Source of the DNA: Chlamydiales bacterium
Lineage (GTDB): Bacteria; Chlamydiota; Chlamydiia; Chlamydiales; JAAZZY01
Reading direction: 5' to 3'
Length of the DNA stretch: 64,000 bases
Assembly (NCBI GenBank): GCA_965206695.1
Contig: CBDBKM010000011.1
Coordinates: 192,001 to 256,000, forward strand
The first letter of the stretch is position 1. Each line of letters opens with the position of its first letter. Below are positions 53,171 through 64,000 of this stretch, in pieces. Made by a program: the position numbers and the translations under genes. The notes beneath the pieces were generated by a model, which was not told the origin of the DNA, made no database searches, and was given only the letters and a program-made list of their open reading frames with translations.

Positions 53171-53419
53171 TTAGATGTTGTTAAAGTTGTTCTGTTCACA
53201 TTCACGCAGAAACTGCATGGCTTCGGGCGTTCCTAGACTTCTAAGGTAATTGGAAACAGCTAATCGAATAGCGTGGAAACAACCCCCTCCCCCTGTTCCT
53301 GAGGCGCCCATTCCTGCATATTGCTCTTGAACTCTAGATTTTATAAGGCTACAATTGTTTTTAATATAGTTGGGTGCCGAATAACAATATGCATTTCTGT
53401 TAATGTTGTTAATAGCCAT
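53171..53419 (-). CDS. Hypothetical protein
   Basis: 82-aa ORF with an AGGAGG RBS. A short ORF (MIYTSYGY..., about 53432-53573) with an AGGAGG RBS lies upstream on the same strand. Confidence 0.5.
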   Translation of the reverse strand: MAINNINRNAYCYSAPNYIKNNCSLIKSRVQEQYAGMGASGTGGGGCFHAIRLAVSNYLRSLGTPEAMQFLRECEQNNFNNI

Positions 53420-53722
53420 AAATCCTCCTTGATTACCCTCTTGTTCTGATGTTTATTAATCCACCATATTGATTTTCCAGTTCTTTTTTCAATTCTTTTT
53501 GTATTTGCTCTTGATATCGTTGAATTTCCTCATATTGTTGGACAGTTGTATATCCATATGATGTATAAATCATGAAACCTCCTTGGTGTAAGTGTCTGAT
53601 ACTAATTTTAAATTAATAGGGTAATTCGGAAATCATAGCAGTCTCTGTCTTTATGAAGCAATTTAAGACATTCCTTTAGAAAATAGATAAACACATACAA
53701 ATTATTTTATATTATTGGATAG

Positions 53723-53752
53723 TCACTAATACACTATTCACTAATACACTAT
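53723..53752. repeat. Perfect 15-bp tandem duplication
   Basis: tcactaatacactat x2. Confidence 0.9.
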
Positions 53753-53997
53753 CGTGTTGCTATGATAATAATCTTTAGCATCTAAAAACTACCTAAAATA
53801 GTAGTAAAAATAACCCCAATGCCCCAGTAGCGCCCCATGTGTAGGTTACACTTTAAGATTTGTCACTTAAAAGTAATGGACATGTAACGGATTCAAAGTC
53901 CGTCGCAATGTGTTTTTACTAAATAAATGTCTTAAATTTCCCTTAAATAAGGACTCGTGTATAATTTCAGATTCTTTATTTAATACAAGGAAGTGTA

Positions 53998-54489
53998 ATG
54001 AAGACCTTAACTAAATGTTTGTTGCTTGCTATTACTCTAATAGCTTGTACATTAATCTATTCTAAGCCACTTGTGGCTCATACTGTTGATGAATCTGAAA
54101 TAGCCCCAGGCATTCTTTTTTCATCCCCTTCTTCTCATTCTTTTCTTTCATTCGATGAGAATATCGATTCTTGGATAACAAGAACCAGTCTTGAAGGTGA
54201 AATATTAGTTGAAGCACACTACAGTGAAAAACCTGGCAAGGAATTAAAAGAATCAAATAAACCAATTTACGTTATAGTTCACCTTACCAAGAAAGGCGAC
54301 TGTGACGAAGAATCAAAAATAAGAACAGACTATCTTTTTCTTGGTGAGTGTGATTTAATGGTTCGCGGTGAAACAGAATTTCATTGTTGTGAAGATTCTG
54401 GTGGCAATTTCACATTTAAGCAAAAACAATACCGAGGCTGCACTGTTGGTATATTCAAAGAAATGATTCATGTGAAATTCCACTCATAG
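53998..54489 (+). CDS. Exported hypothetical protein
   Basis: Signal-peptide-like N-terminus, AGGAAG RBS and a TGTATAAT extended -10 upstream. Confidence 0.65.
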   Translation: MKTLTKCLLLAITLIACTLIYSKPLVAHTVDESEIAPGILFSSPSSHSFLSFDENIDSWITRTSLEGEILVEAHYSEKPGKELKESNKPIYVIVHLTKKGDCDEESKIRTDYLFLGECDLMVRGETEFHCCEDSGGNFTFKQKQYRGCTVGIFKEMIHVKFHS

Positions 54490-54499
54490 CCCATAAAAA

Positions 54500-54634
54500 C
54501 TACACATTTTTCATAGCATCTAGTATTGCATCTAGCTTCTCATCATTTGGTGAAACATTTTTAGTATCGGGTTCTTTCATCCCAAGATAAATTTTAGAGA
54601 GCCACATGTTAACTTGAGGATTAGTCTTAGCCAT
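54500..54634 (-). pseudogene. Phage protein C-terminal fragment (terminase small subunit-like)
   Basis: MAKTNPQVNMWLSKIYLGMKE resembles the M.IWLGKQYLG motif of phage small-terminase-like proteins. Confidence 0.4.
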
Positions 54635-55560
54635 TTTTTAGCGCCAGGAAAGGAAGAGACATACTACTTTAGGCATTAAGTGGGTATTTATTTCAAACTC
54701 AATTGACCTATCTATAGAACAGGTAGATCTATTACCTCTATCAGAGTAATTTTAGCACTTATATAAATCATAAATATTTCATCATACCTAGCTCTTCAAA
54801 AGGTACAAAAGGTTCAAATATATGGATAAAACCTGGCATCAAATAATAGTAACAGTACTAACGTTTTTCTCTTGATTCTTTTAAACTTTGATATTAATAT
54901 TTTTTGTTCTTTAATCAACTTATACGGAGCCATATGATCTTACCTTTAGATGCTAGTATAGCAGCTGGAATATCAATTATTTCTAATATAATATGAAAAC
55001 AGTAAAACTGAAAAAAAGAGATTATACAATAAGCTTCATGAGTTAATTGAGAAAGTAAAGATCTTATCTGCAGACGGACAGTCTTGTGTAAAAGTCTATT
55101 ATAGACACAGTCTATCGAACAAACAAAAGTTCAATAAACTTACAATAAATGAACAAAAAGAATTCGATAAAAAGTGTAATTCTGACCCACTGGAGCTAAC
55201 AAATCATATTAAACAAATTGAAGAAGTTATTAAAAACTTCAAAAAGATATTACAAGAAGCAAAAATTAGTGATATTCCTATGATTAAAAATCAATTAACT
55301 CCACTCATAAAGGACTTCCTGGAATCTTTCACAAAGTTGAGTAAATAAACCGGCTTATATCATCAATCGTCATATTATATAGACCAAGTACATCAAGCAC
55401 GGAAACGACATGATAAAAATATTACAAAATGTAGGGTAACTGCAAACCACTACATGAGTACGGAATTCCCAGACGCACGCAAAACTTTTAAAGATGCAAT
55501 TGACCAACTATTTGGAAAATAACTGTTACTTATTGGATATTTGTTATTAATTTAGATTAC

Positions 55561-55794
55561 TCACCTCAGCTTATCGATTAATTTATTAAAAGCTATAGAA
55601 GCTTCACTATATTCTTTTTTTAATGCCTTGGAATATAGCCCATGCTTCCACTGCCCATTACAATAGGGTCCATCCACTATTTTCTTACGACCTGTTGACT
55701 TACCTCCATGCATATGACAAACCCTCTTACCTCTCATAGCTTGAAGCCTACATCGCTTTTGAGACCTCTTACTTTTAGCATGACAATAAACCAT
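55561..55794 (-). CDS. HGGxSTG-motif protein
   Basis: CHAKSKRSQKRC...GKRVCHMHGGKSTG...NGQWKHGLYS. Confidence 0.85.
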   Translation of the reverse strand: MVYCHAKSKRSQKRCRLQAMRGKRVCHMHGGKSTGRKKIVDGPYCNGQWKHGLYSKALKKEYSEASIAFNKLIDKLR

Positions 55795-55899
55795 GAGGTA
55801 TTGCTCCTAGTTTTCCATTAACCCTAATTAATCACGGCTTTTGCATTATCATTCATAGTCACATGCTGAACCGTAATATTCTGTCTTCCACCTCTTCTA

Positions 55900-56993
55900 T
55901 ACTCATCACGAATAAACCTCCGGATATTTTGTATTCGTATAGTGTAAATTATTTTGTATGAATTCATTTTTAACACTATCAGAAGAAAAGCATCTCAGAC
56001 AGCAACATAAACGAGAAAAGAATGGTCGTATACGAGATCGTATCAAGGCTGTTCTATTGTCGAATAAAGGTTGGAGTAATACTCGTATTGCTGAAGCTGT
56101 GCTTTTAGACGATGAAACAGTGTCTCGTCACATTAAAGAATATCAAAATAAACAGCAATTGCATGTAGAAAGCGGTGGTTCAGTCAGTAAACTTCTTGCG
56201 CCACAGTCAGAAGAATTCATTAAATATTTAACAACTCATACCTATGTCAAAGTAGAAGATATCTGTTCTTATGTTCTCGCGAAATATGGCATTGTTTATA
56301 CGATTTCAGGGATGACTTCTTGGCTACACTCACATGGTTTTTCCTATAAAAAGCCTAAAGGTACACCGGCTAAGGCAAATTCTGATCAACAAAAAGCTTG
56401 GATGCAATTTTACACCAAGCTTATGGCATCTCTGCCTAAAAATGAGCCTGTTGAATTTGCTGATGGTGTACATCCAACTATGGCAACTAAAATTTCTTAT
56501 GGTTGGATTCGACCGGGAACAGATAAATTGATTGCAACAACAGCTTCTCGTACTCGAATGAATCTTATGGGGTCTATCAATTTAAACAGTATGAAGGTAA
56601 CAATAGATGCTTATGAAACATTAAATAGCGGTACCATGGCAAAGCATTTTGCTTTGCTACGGTCAAAATACCCCTCAGCTCCAAATATCCATCTTATTTT
56701 AGATCAAGGCCCTTATAATACAAGTATTCAGACCAAACAAGAAGCAGAAAAACAAGGTATTATTCTCTATTATTTACCTTCTTACAGTCCTAACCTCAAT
56801 CCCATTGAACGATTATGGAAAGTGATGAATGAATATTGTCGCAATAATCGGTTTTTTAATTCTGCTAAAGAATTTCGGAGATCGATTACCGGATTTTTTG
56901 AAAATACTTGGCCCTCTATTGCTCAATCAATGAGGAAACGAATCAATGATCATTTTCAAGTCTTAGAATCGGCACTTTGATTCATAAGGGGTA
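55900..56993 (+). mobile_element. IS630 family element A, copy 4 (intact transposase 55958-56980)
   Basis: Same ends and length; TA on both sides. Confidence 0.96.
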
Positions 56994-56995
56994 TA

Positions 56996-57150
56996 GATGA
57001 AAAACGACAATTACTGAATTTAGTGTTTCAGAACTTACAATTAGAAGACCTAAGTCTCTTATTCTAAATAAGAGAACCCTTCTTAACTATCATGAATTTT
57101 AAGAATCGTCCAGAAGAATGGAGGCGGTTGAATTCGAACTACCGTATCCT
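56996..57150 (+). pseudogene. C-terminal remnant of a large serine recombinase-like protein
   Basis: DEKRQLLNLVFQNLQL...*IREPF...EEWRRLNSN resembles the C-terminal tail of integrative large serine recombinases. Confidence 0.55.
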
Positions 57151-57461
57151 TAAGGAGACGCCTATCTAGAATAGGCAATGAAGGATTAACTCAGTATGAT
57201 TTAAAAACATTTAATGATGAATCTAAGCCACATCAGTTCGTAAGGAAATTATTTAGAGAATATCCTGATGGAGGAAACATAGAAGTTGAGCTTGCTGGAT
57301 CTGAATCAATGTCTAAATTGATTGAGCGTATTGGATTAAAAGGGGAGTTAAAGAATATCTTTTTTGGAAGGTCCCATTGGAATAAAGTGTATTTTAAAGG
57401 ATTAAAAATAAAATTATTAAAATCAGAAATTAAAAATTTAAATCTGATTTTAGAACAATTT

Positions 57462-59513
57462 GTCTTTTCAACTATGAAGTGCAACAAACTTGTACTCTAT
57501 TATAGCACAAATTCTTCGGATTGAAAACCTCTATAGGTGTTTTAAAATTCAAACTTTTTCCGGGTCTTTCATTAAGCAGTTTTTCTATCTCTTTTACATC
57601 CTCTTGTGTCACATTATTAAAGTTTGTTTTCTTAGGCAAATACTGTCTAACTAACCCATTCGTATGTTCATTCAACCCTCTTTCCCGGGAATGATAGGGT
57701 TTAGCAAAATAAAACTCTGCTTTGAGTGTTGAACTTACTTCTTGATGCCGAGAAAACTCTAAACCATTATCTGCTGTTAATGTGTGAACTCTATCCTTAA
57801 CAGGCTTTATAGTCATTTAATTTTATATTGATAAGATTGCTTGATCAATGGCGAATTTAAAATTCGTAACTTTTCGTAATATCTCTCTAACTTTATTTTT
57901 CATATTAGCCCAATATTTTTCTATAGGATTTAAGTCCGGAGAATAGGGAGGAAGAAACATAAGCTTACAACCGGCAGATTCTACTGTTTTCCTGCTTTCC
58001 GCTGATTTGTGAAAACCGGCATTGTCAAGAATAAGAACACTACCGGGTGTAAGCTGAGGAGTCAAAACTTCCTTAAGCCAAATATTGAATAACCCGGTAT
58101 TACAAGTACCTTCAAAACACATTGGAGATAAAAACTGCCCTTTAGATAGGGCTGAAATAATATTTTGCCTTATAAAGCGGCTTCCTGAAACCGCTCCAAA
58201 AACTTTTTTGCCGCGTAAGCTTCTTCCGGACTCACGAAATAAAAATTGATGAATCCCGGTTTCATCGAGATAAATTCTCTTGTCAAAGGGAATATTTTTT
58301 AAATCTTTCATAAAAGCTTCCCGTTTCTTTTCATCTCTTTCCTTATAGCGAGTAGTTTTTTTTTTCGTGTAATTTTTAATCTTTTAAGGGCATAAAAAAT
58401 CGTTTGCGGAGTGACTGAAAAATAATCAGCAATTTCCGATAAAAAATAATCCGGATGTTTTTCTACATATTTAGATAACAACTCATCATCTAATTTCTTA
58501 TAAGCATATTTTCTGCGGATTGGCTTTAAATGTCCTTTTTGCTTTTTTTGCAAGATCCATCGATATATTGTTGCGATACCTACTTGAAAAATATGGCCGG
58601 CTGTTTTTTTATCATGATGTTTTTCTATATGTTGTAATACTTTCTCTCGAAGATCTACTGAATAGGCTCTAGGCATTGTTTTGTCCTTACTGTTTGTATA
58701 AAAAAAGAAGGATAACATATTATCAAATAAAAATTAAAATACTATAAACAGGTAATTAAAGCATCGGCAACACCGAGGGCTTGTTTAGACTTTACCTTCA
58801 TAAGCATCGTATATTTAGAAGCACGATCAACAATAGAAACAATCACTCCTTGATGATTTTTGCCTATTATCGTATCTAATTCAAAATCTCCTATTCTTGT
58901 TTTTTCATCGACAATACAAGTTCTTTTATCAATATCGACTCTATTGGGAATACAGCTTCGGCCTGCTTTATCTGAACCTCGCTTTTTATACTTCTTACCT
59001 TTGTGTCTTAAATTTTTATATAAATTGCCCCAATTTCGTTTATCTTTCCAAATATGACGATAAATACTTTCGTGGCTGATAAGCAGGCCTTCTTCTTCTT
59101 TCAATCGACCGGATATTTGAACAGGACTCCATTGAAGCAGTAATTTACTTTCTATCTTCATAAGTAGTTCATGGGTCATTTTCTTTGTTTTACTGCTCGC
59201 TTTTGAACGCCTTCTTTTAGTTTTGATTTGTGCTGCAAAATAGATATATCTGCCTTCATAGCTATTTCTTTTTAACTCTCGATAAACAGTAGTTTTATTA
59301 ACATTTAATTCCTGCGAAATAGAATCAACAGAATCTCCTCTTCTTTTTAAAGTACATATTTGGCACCTTTGTTCGTAGGTTAAATGCCGGTAGCCTTTAG
59401 GCATAAAAAATCCCTCCATAGTTTTTTTTTGCAAAAATTTACTATAGAGATTTTGCCGGCATTTGGCCATTTTCAAATTCTTCCTATTTGTTGCACTTCA
59501 ATGTTGAAAGGGC
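57462..59513 (-). mobile_element. IS30-family element interrupted by IS630 element B copy 3
   Basis: IRs gtcttttcaactatgaagtgcaacaaa / tttgttgcacttcaatgttgaaagggc. Removing the IS630 joins ...ALITCL to KPVKDRVHTLTADNG. Confidence 0.93.
57810..58744 (-). mobile_element. IS630 family element B, copy 3
   Basis: Same ends and length (935 bp); TA duplication. Confidence 0.96.
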
Positions 59514-59769
59514 GTTTAATTGTTAATCTTGTATTAAAAATAATTATTTACTAAACAATTAATCGCTAAGTAATTAATAACTTAAGCAGGCAAAGTTGAA
59601 ACCCATTTGATTAGGGTAAACTGTTAGTTCGATCTTTCCCATTTGCCGGGGAGGGTCCATTACAATAGTATGATACTTACCTTTTGGCTACATAGTGAGT
59701 GTATTTCTAAGTATTTCATTTGCTATTTTTGCTTTCTTCCTTCGTTATTGTTACATAGGCCATTGATAG

Positions 59770-60190
59770 TCATATCTCCGTTTGACAAAGCTTCTTTGAT
59801 GTCATTAGAGGCTTTATCATTTCCCAATCTTGTTGATAAAAAGATATTTTATCTCGCCTCCTTTTCTTAAATTTGTATAACCAAGCATAAATAGACATAA
59901 AAATATGATTTCGTTGCGCTCGTGCGTTACGAAACTGCCGGCGCTCAAAGCCACAAGTTTGTTTCAATTCCCTATGATAAACTTCTATTTTCCAACTTCT
60001 ATTTTTCAACGAATTTTTATGATTTTTTCAAGGTCATTACGACCGGATTCTTTAATATTAGTGACCACATAATCAATGCGATCATTTTTAGCCGGAAACT
60101 CGAAAGCCGTAATAAAACCATAACCGCGTAAGTGACTGCTTAGTCCTTCATACGGAATATCCAAATCTTCCAAACTTACATTTCGATTAA
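59770..60190 (-). mobile_element. IS701-family transposase remnant
   Basis: RSWKIEVYHRELKQTCG..R...RNARAQRNHI C-terminal motif; frameshifted upstream part (HLRGYGFI). Confidence 0.7.
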
Positions 60191-60414
60191 CTGATCTTGC
60201 TACACTTTAATGCACATTTAAAATACAGATATAATGGATAAAATGTTTACCCGGAGTGTAAAGAAATGAAACGAAAATGCAGGCAATATGATCATCAATT
60301 CAAAGTTGATGTAGTAGATCATTGTTTATCTTCAAACAAGAGTATCAGAAAAATAGCCGAAGCTTTTGATGTCAATGCAACAACTCTTTATGGATGGATT
60401 AAAGAATATAAATG
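60191..60414 (+). mobile_element. IS3-family left end and truncated orfA
   Basis: TG-starting end, then MKRKCRQYDHQFKVDVV...SIRKIAEAFDVNATTLYGWIKEYK* HTH. Confidence 0.65.
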
Positions 60415-60456
60415 AAATTACGTTAGTCACACCATTAGCTATCATATTAGTTATAA

Positions 60457-61343
60457 TGAACCTATCCCACTAATTTATCTATCCAAAATTTAATCAACGC
60501 CGGAGTTAAAAACCCTTTCCAATACTTCATCTTTCTTTCCCAACGGATAACGACTTTTCGAAACTTTCTTTGTAGCCATGAAATAGCTCTCTCTACTTGC
60601 CATCGTTTACGCTTTATCATCGCCCTAATTTTTTTAGGAGCTTTCTGTCCGGGCTTTTTTCGTCTACAAATCCATGGAAAAATACCCCTTATCAAAAGAG
60701 CCTCTTGTAAAGACTCTGAGTCGTAGCCTTTATCCGCTTCAAAAATAGGTATGAGATTACGATGCTTCCACCTATTTTGTACTCTATTAATCAAAGGGAT
60801 GATTTGTTTCCTCTCGTCTCCATGGGCTCCTGTAGCGATAAGAGCAATAGGAGAGCCATATCCGTCTACAAGTAAATGTCCGGTAACTTCTTTTCCCTTA
60901 TAGCCGTACGTAACTTCTTCTCCGCCACCCTTACCTCCTGAAAACAAACCCATCACCGGCTATTCGTTCCCAATTGAATAAGTTTTTCAATTCGGCCAAG
61001 GATAATCCGGCACTTAGTATAGCATCCAAAGTCCCGTCCTCTTGCCAAACACCCAACCGGCTATGAGAAGTGGTTCTTGCTCCCCAAGCTTCACCTTTTG
61101 GGAGGTCGCACCAACGACTACCTGTTATTAAAATCCAAAATATTGAATGGCATACCTTTCTCCAAGATGCATGAGGATATTCTTTAGATCTTTTCTCCGG
61201 TTCTTGAGGTACTAATGATGCTAAGAACAACCATTGACTATCTGTTAACCCTTCAAATTGAGACATTTTTTCTCCCCTTTCATAAATTATGAAAGGGGAG
61301 CATACCAAATACAAATTTAAATTACATTAATGGGATAGGTTCA
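60457..61343 (-). mobile_element. IS5-family element, two-ORF type (60931-61314, 60462-60956)
   Basis: IRs tgaacctatccca / tgggataggttca; LTDSQW, ILITGSRWCDLP, ADKGYDS, KRWQVERAISWL. Confidence 0.9.
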
Positions 61344-61462
61344 ATATACATACCTCCACTAAATATACTAATAATTATTTTTTTATTTATAACTATAATA
61401 ATTTATATAATTACATATATAAAGGAATAATGAGTATGACATGAGGTGTTAATATAGAGAAT

Positions 61463-63194
61463 ATGGTATGTGGTGGTAATATTGGTAGAGTCCATTACGA
61501 ACAGCAAATTATGAAGGCTATTCCTAACACTCCTAACAACGAAAGGAATAGATTAGCGAGCATGGTGGATAATTTATTTATGAATACGGGATTGGAAGAT
61601 AAGCGTCTTTTTGATTGTCTTTTAAACATTCCTAAAAATCAACGTAGGGGTGTCATAGAACATGCTCAGATGTTTATTGTAGCGGATTTGAGTACCACTG
61701 AGAAATGTACTCTTTTGAATACTATTGTAAGTATCTCTGAAGCATCAATTCGACAATATCATACAACACGTTCAGAAGCTTGCTTACGTACCGGGCCGAT
61801 CATTTCCGGAACCCCGGACAATTTGGATCTTGGAGGGTATTGCAAAGATCCTTGAATCTCAACGCGAGAATTTTCCGGATCAGGCTCAGAAGGTTATCAC
61901 CCGCGATATGACTAAACTGACAGGAAAACGTATCTTGGAAGATCTTCCGGCTATTCCTGAAGCTCAATGTGCAGATCTCATAAAACAGACACGGAAGCTT
62001 ATCGAATCAGGCCCGGCGAGCCGGGCTGTCTCTAGAGTCTTTGAGGGTCTTAACCTATTTCCTACAGATCAACATATATATCATGGAACAGCTTCTGACG
62101 TTTATACAAAATAGGGATAACGTTTCTATCACTGATATTTTGATAGAGTTTATGAATGGATTGCCACTATATCCAAATAGAACAAGTTTTTCAATTTAAG
62201 CTTTCAAGAACGGATTTTAAAGAAAAACCTAAGGCTGTTTTATTAGATTATGCTAAAAATCTACTTGAGCACAGCTATGAACAGAGGCTCTCGATTGTAT
62301 ACAAAGACGAAATCAGGAGAGACCAAGGAGGACTTACAAGAGATTTTATCACAAACATTTTTCGTGAAATATTTACTAACTCTGAAGTATTCAATACGAA
62401 ATTAATAAACAATCAGGGTGTCCTGATTCATCTTGATGATGCACAGGATAGCAAGATTTCTAAAGCAATCGGAATTATTTTAGGTAGAGTCCTAAGCAAT
62501 CGATCATCCGTAATAGGAATAGGTTTTCATCCCGTTTTATTTCAGATGCTTAAGGTTCTTGATCAAGAAGACTTTCAACACATCCCGGACAATATTCAAA
62601 GTATAGCAGATTTAAATACGCTGTTATATAAGGAGTCCTCAGGTAAAGTATTCACTAAGCTCTTTGATAAATATATAGAAATCATTTAATCCTGAGGGTC
62701 TTGCCCGGATGAGCAATAAAGAGTTTTTAGAAAATTATCCTGAACCTCATCAAGTGATTCGTTCTATTGCCCTCATTGCAAAGCACATGTATAATTATCT
62801 TGTCAAATATGATAATGGTTGGGATGCGGTTGCAAAGATAAGTCATGAAACATTATCTAAGAGATTAGAGGGGGAGCTCTCCAAACAGTTGTTAAAAACA
62901 TCGATTCAATCAAATAATGAAAATTTAACTGCATTAATAAATAACCGGATTGATTCGGCAGATGATGATCAGTTAAAAGAGTTTCTTTTGTGTGCAACAG
63001 GGTCTCTCGCTTTATTACCTGAACAAAAGCCGGTTATAAAGCCGGTAAAACAGCAGAAACAATCATTTATTTTTCATACTTGTTCTATGACGATAGAGGT
63101 AAGCATTGATCCCAACCAACTTCCGACTCAAGAAGAATTCAACGATCATTTAAATGCAGCTATTAGCATGCCGGATAAGTTTCAGATGATATAA
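61463..63194 (+). pseudogene. Fragmented HECT-domain E3 ubiquitin ligase-like gene (four ORFs)
   Basis: LSIVYKDE..RDQGGLTRDF (N-lobe), KEFLLCATGSLAL, FHTCS (catalytic Cys) and Phe at -4 from the C-terminus (FQMI*). Confidence 0.75.
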
Positions 63195-63254
63195 TACCGG
63201 GTGTTTACCGGCTGTGTTGAAACAGCAAATAATACCGGTTCTAAAAATTAATTT

Positions 63255-63350
63255 CATAAATTAGCCCAAGGTCTGGAACAGAGTTGTTTTAATCTGTTTG
63301 GGACATCGACAAAAGTATTCCATGCTTCACAACAGGTTTTGAGAATAGAC
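63255..63350 (-). mobile_element. C-terminal remnant of another IS630-type transposase
   Basis: Minus strand reads SILKTCCEAWNTFVDVPNRLKQLCSRPWANL*. Confidence 0.55.
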
Positions 63351-63449
63351 TTCTTTCGAAATGCATCATATGAGTTCCAAATGATAGATTCCAAGACTTC
63401 TGCACGACTAATGATTAGATGTGAGATAAGCGAAATACAAGACTATTCC

Positions 63450-63760
63450 TAAAGCGGCATAAAGTTGTTTCATCCGGCGTATCATCTTCTATCTCACAAC
63501 CTGTGAATAACATACAGGCCAAAACGGACTCTTAAGGCTCTTCTAAAGCAGGGTCGCTTAAGCTGTGCTATTGACCCAATCATTAGGCTTTGGGGGCACC
63601 TTGAAGGTTAATTTCATTTTTATGTATGCCTTTTAGTAAGGATCGACCGGGTTGCCAATCAATGAACGGATTCAATTATTACAAACGATTCTTGGCACCT
63701 ATGCGACGCTTTGCACCCATAATAAAAAATTATTATCCGAAATTAGTTATGCAGAGGTCT
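63450..63760 (-). mobile_element. IS5-family remnant related to 20204-20819
   Basis: End agttatgcagaggtct; shares long sequence with 20520-20720; encodes LFTGCEIEDDTPDETTLCRF. Confidence 0.8.
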
Positions 63761-63800
63761 TATATGTATTTGTTGCTGATAAGATGATCTGAAAAGACAG

Positions 63801-63826
63801 AAGCGCCTTTAGAAAAAAGGCGCTTT
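63801..63826 (-). terminator. Terminator after htpG
   Basis: aagcgccttt-agaaa-aaaggcgctt hairpin. Confidence 0.7.
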
Positions 63827-63843
63827 GAATCGTTTAAACTCGC

Positions 63844-63999
63844 CTATTTAGCTATCACTTGATGAGCCAGCTTTTCTAAGATTTGGTTTGATCTGATAGT
63901 GAAATCATCCAATTCGGTGGTATCTAATTCCTTTTGAGCTAACCTTGCCACATCATAAACATGACATAGAACTTCGGATGCCAAAGATGGGTTCACTGC
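63844..63999 (-). CDS. htpG: Chaperone HtpG (Hsp90), C-terminal fragment (partial at window edge)
   Basis: AVNPSLASEVLCHVYDVARLAQKELDTTELDDFTIRSNQIL resembles the HtpG terminal helices (YD.A.L.Q.EL...F..RSN.IL). Confidence 0.65.
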   Translation of the reverse strand, partial: AVNPSLASEVLCHVYDVARLAQKELDTTELDDFTIRSNQILEKLAHQVIAK

Positions 64000-64000
64000 A

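Noticed and set aside
57118..57146. tRNA gene
   Set aside because: Only a T-loop/acceptor-like 3' fragment with an imperfect stem; no D or anticodon arm. Kept only as a possible att site.

Overview
AT-rich chromosomal window from an environmental member of the phylum Chlamydiae. The evidence is euo, hctA, a chlamydial-type long SecD/SecF, three-domain IspG and the yidC-dnaA and TPR-hctA-rlmD-yajC gene orders. Positions 1-47 kb hold mostly housekeeping genes: yidC end, dnaA, ridA, lgt, rlmH, PIN/TRAM, acpS, trxB, acpP-fabG-fabD-fabH, secDF, recJ, euo, tsp, mltA, gltX, cysJ-like, NUDIX, ispF, murA, epmB, ispG, TPR protein, hctA, rlmD pseudogene, tgt and yajC. Positions 30.6-33.8 kb and 47.4-63.8 kb are dense with IS elements. 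These include four copies of a 1094-bp IS630, three copies of a 935-bp frameshifting IS630, two interrupted IS30 copies, and IS5, IS701 and IS3 remnants. There is also a deleted prophage/integrative-element relic, and the window ends in the htpG 3' end. The most notable observations are: (i) two 270-293-bp non-coding IS200/IS605-type mini-elements (TTTAT target, TCAA right end, no duplication) plus a third tnpB-tail-like cassette, all lacking tnpA/tnpB but apparently keeping omegaRNA-like scaffolds; (ii) a fragmented eukaryote-type HECT E3 ligase gene; (iii) strong CCGG excess with CCAG/CTGG depletion that reverses in the foreign island; and (iv) no omcAB between tsp and gltX. All calls come from reading the sequence by eye; no searches were run.
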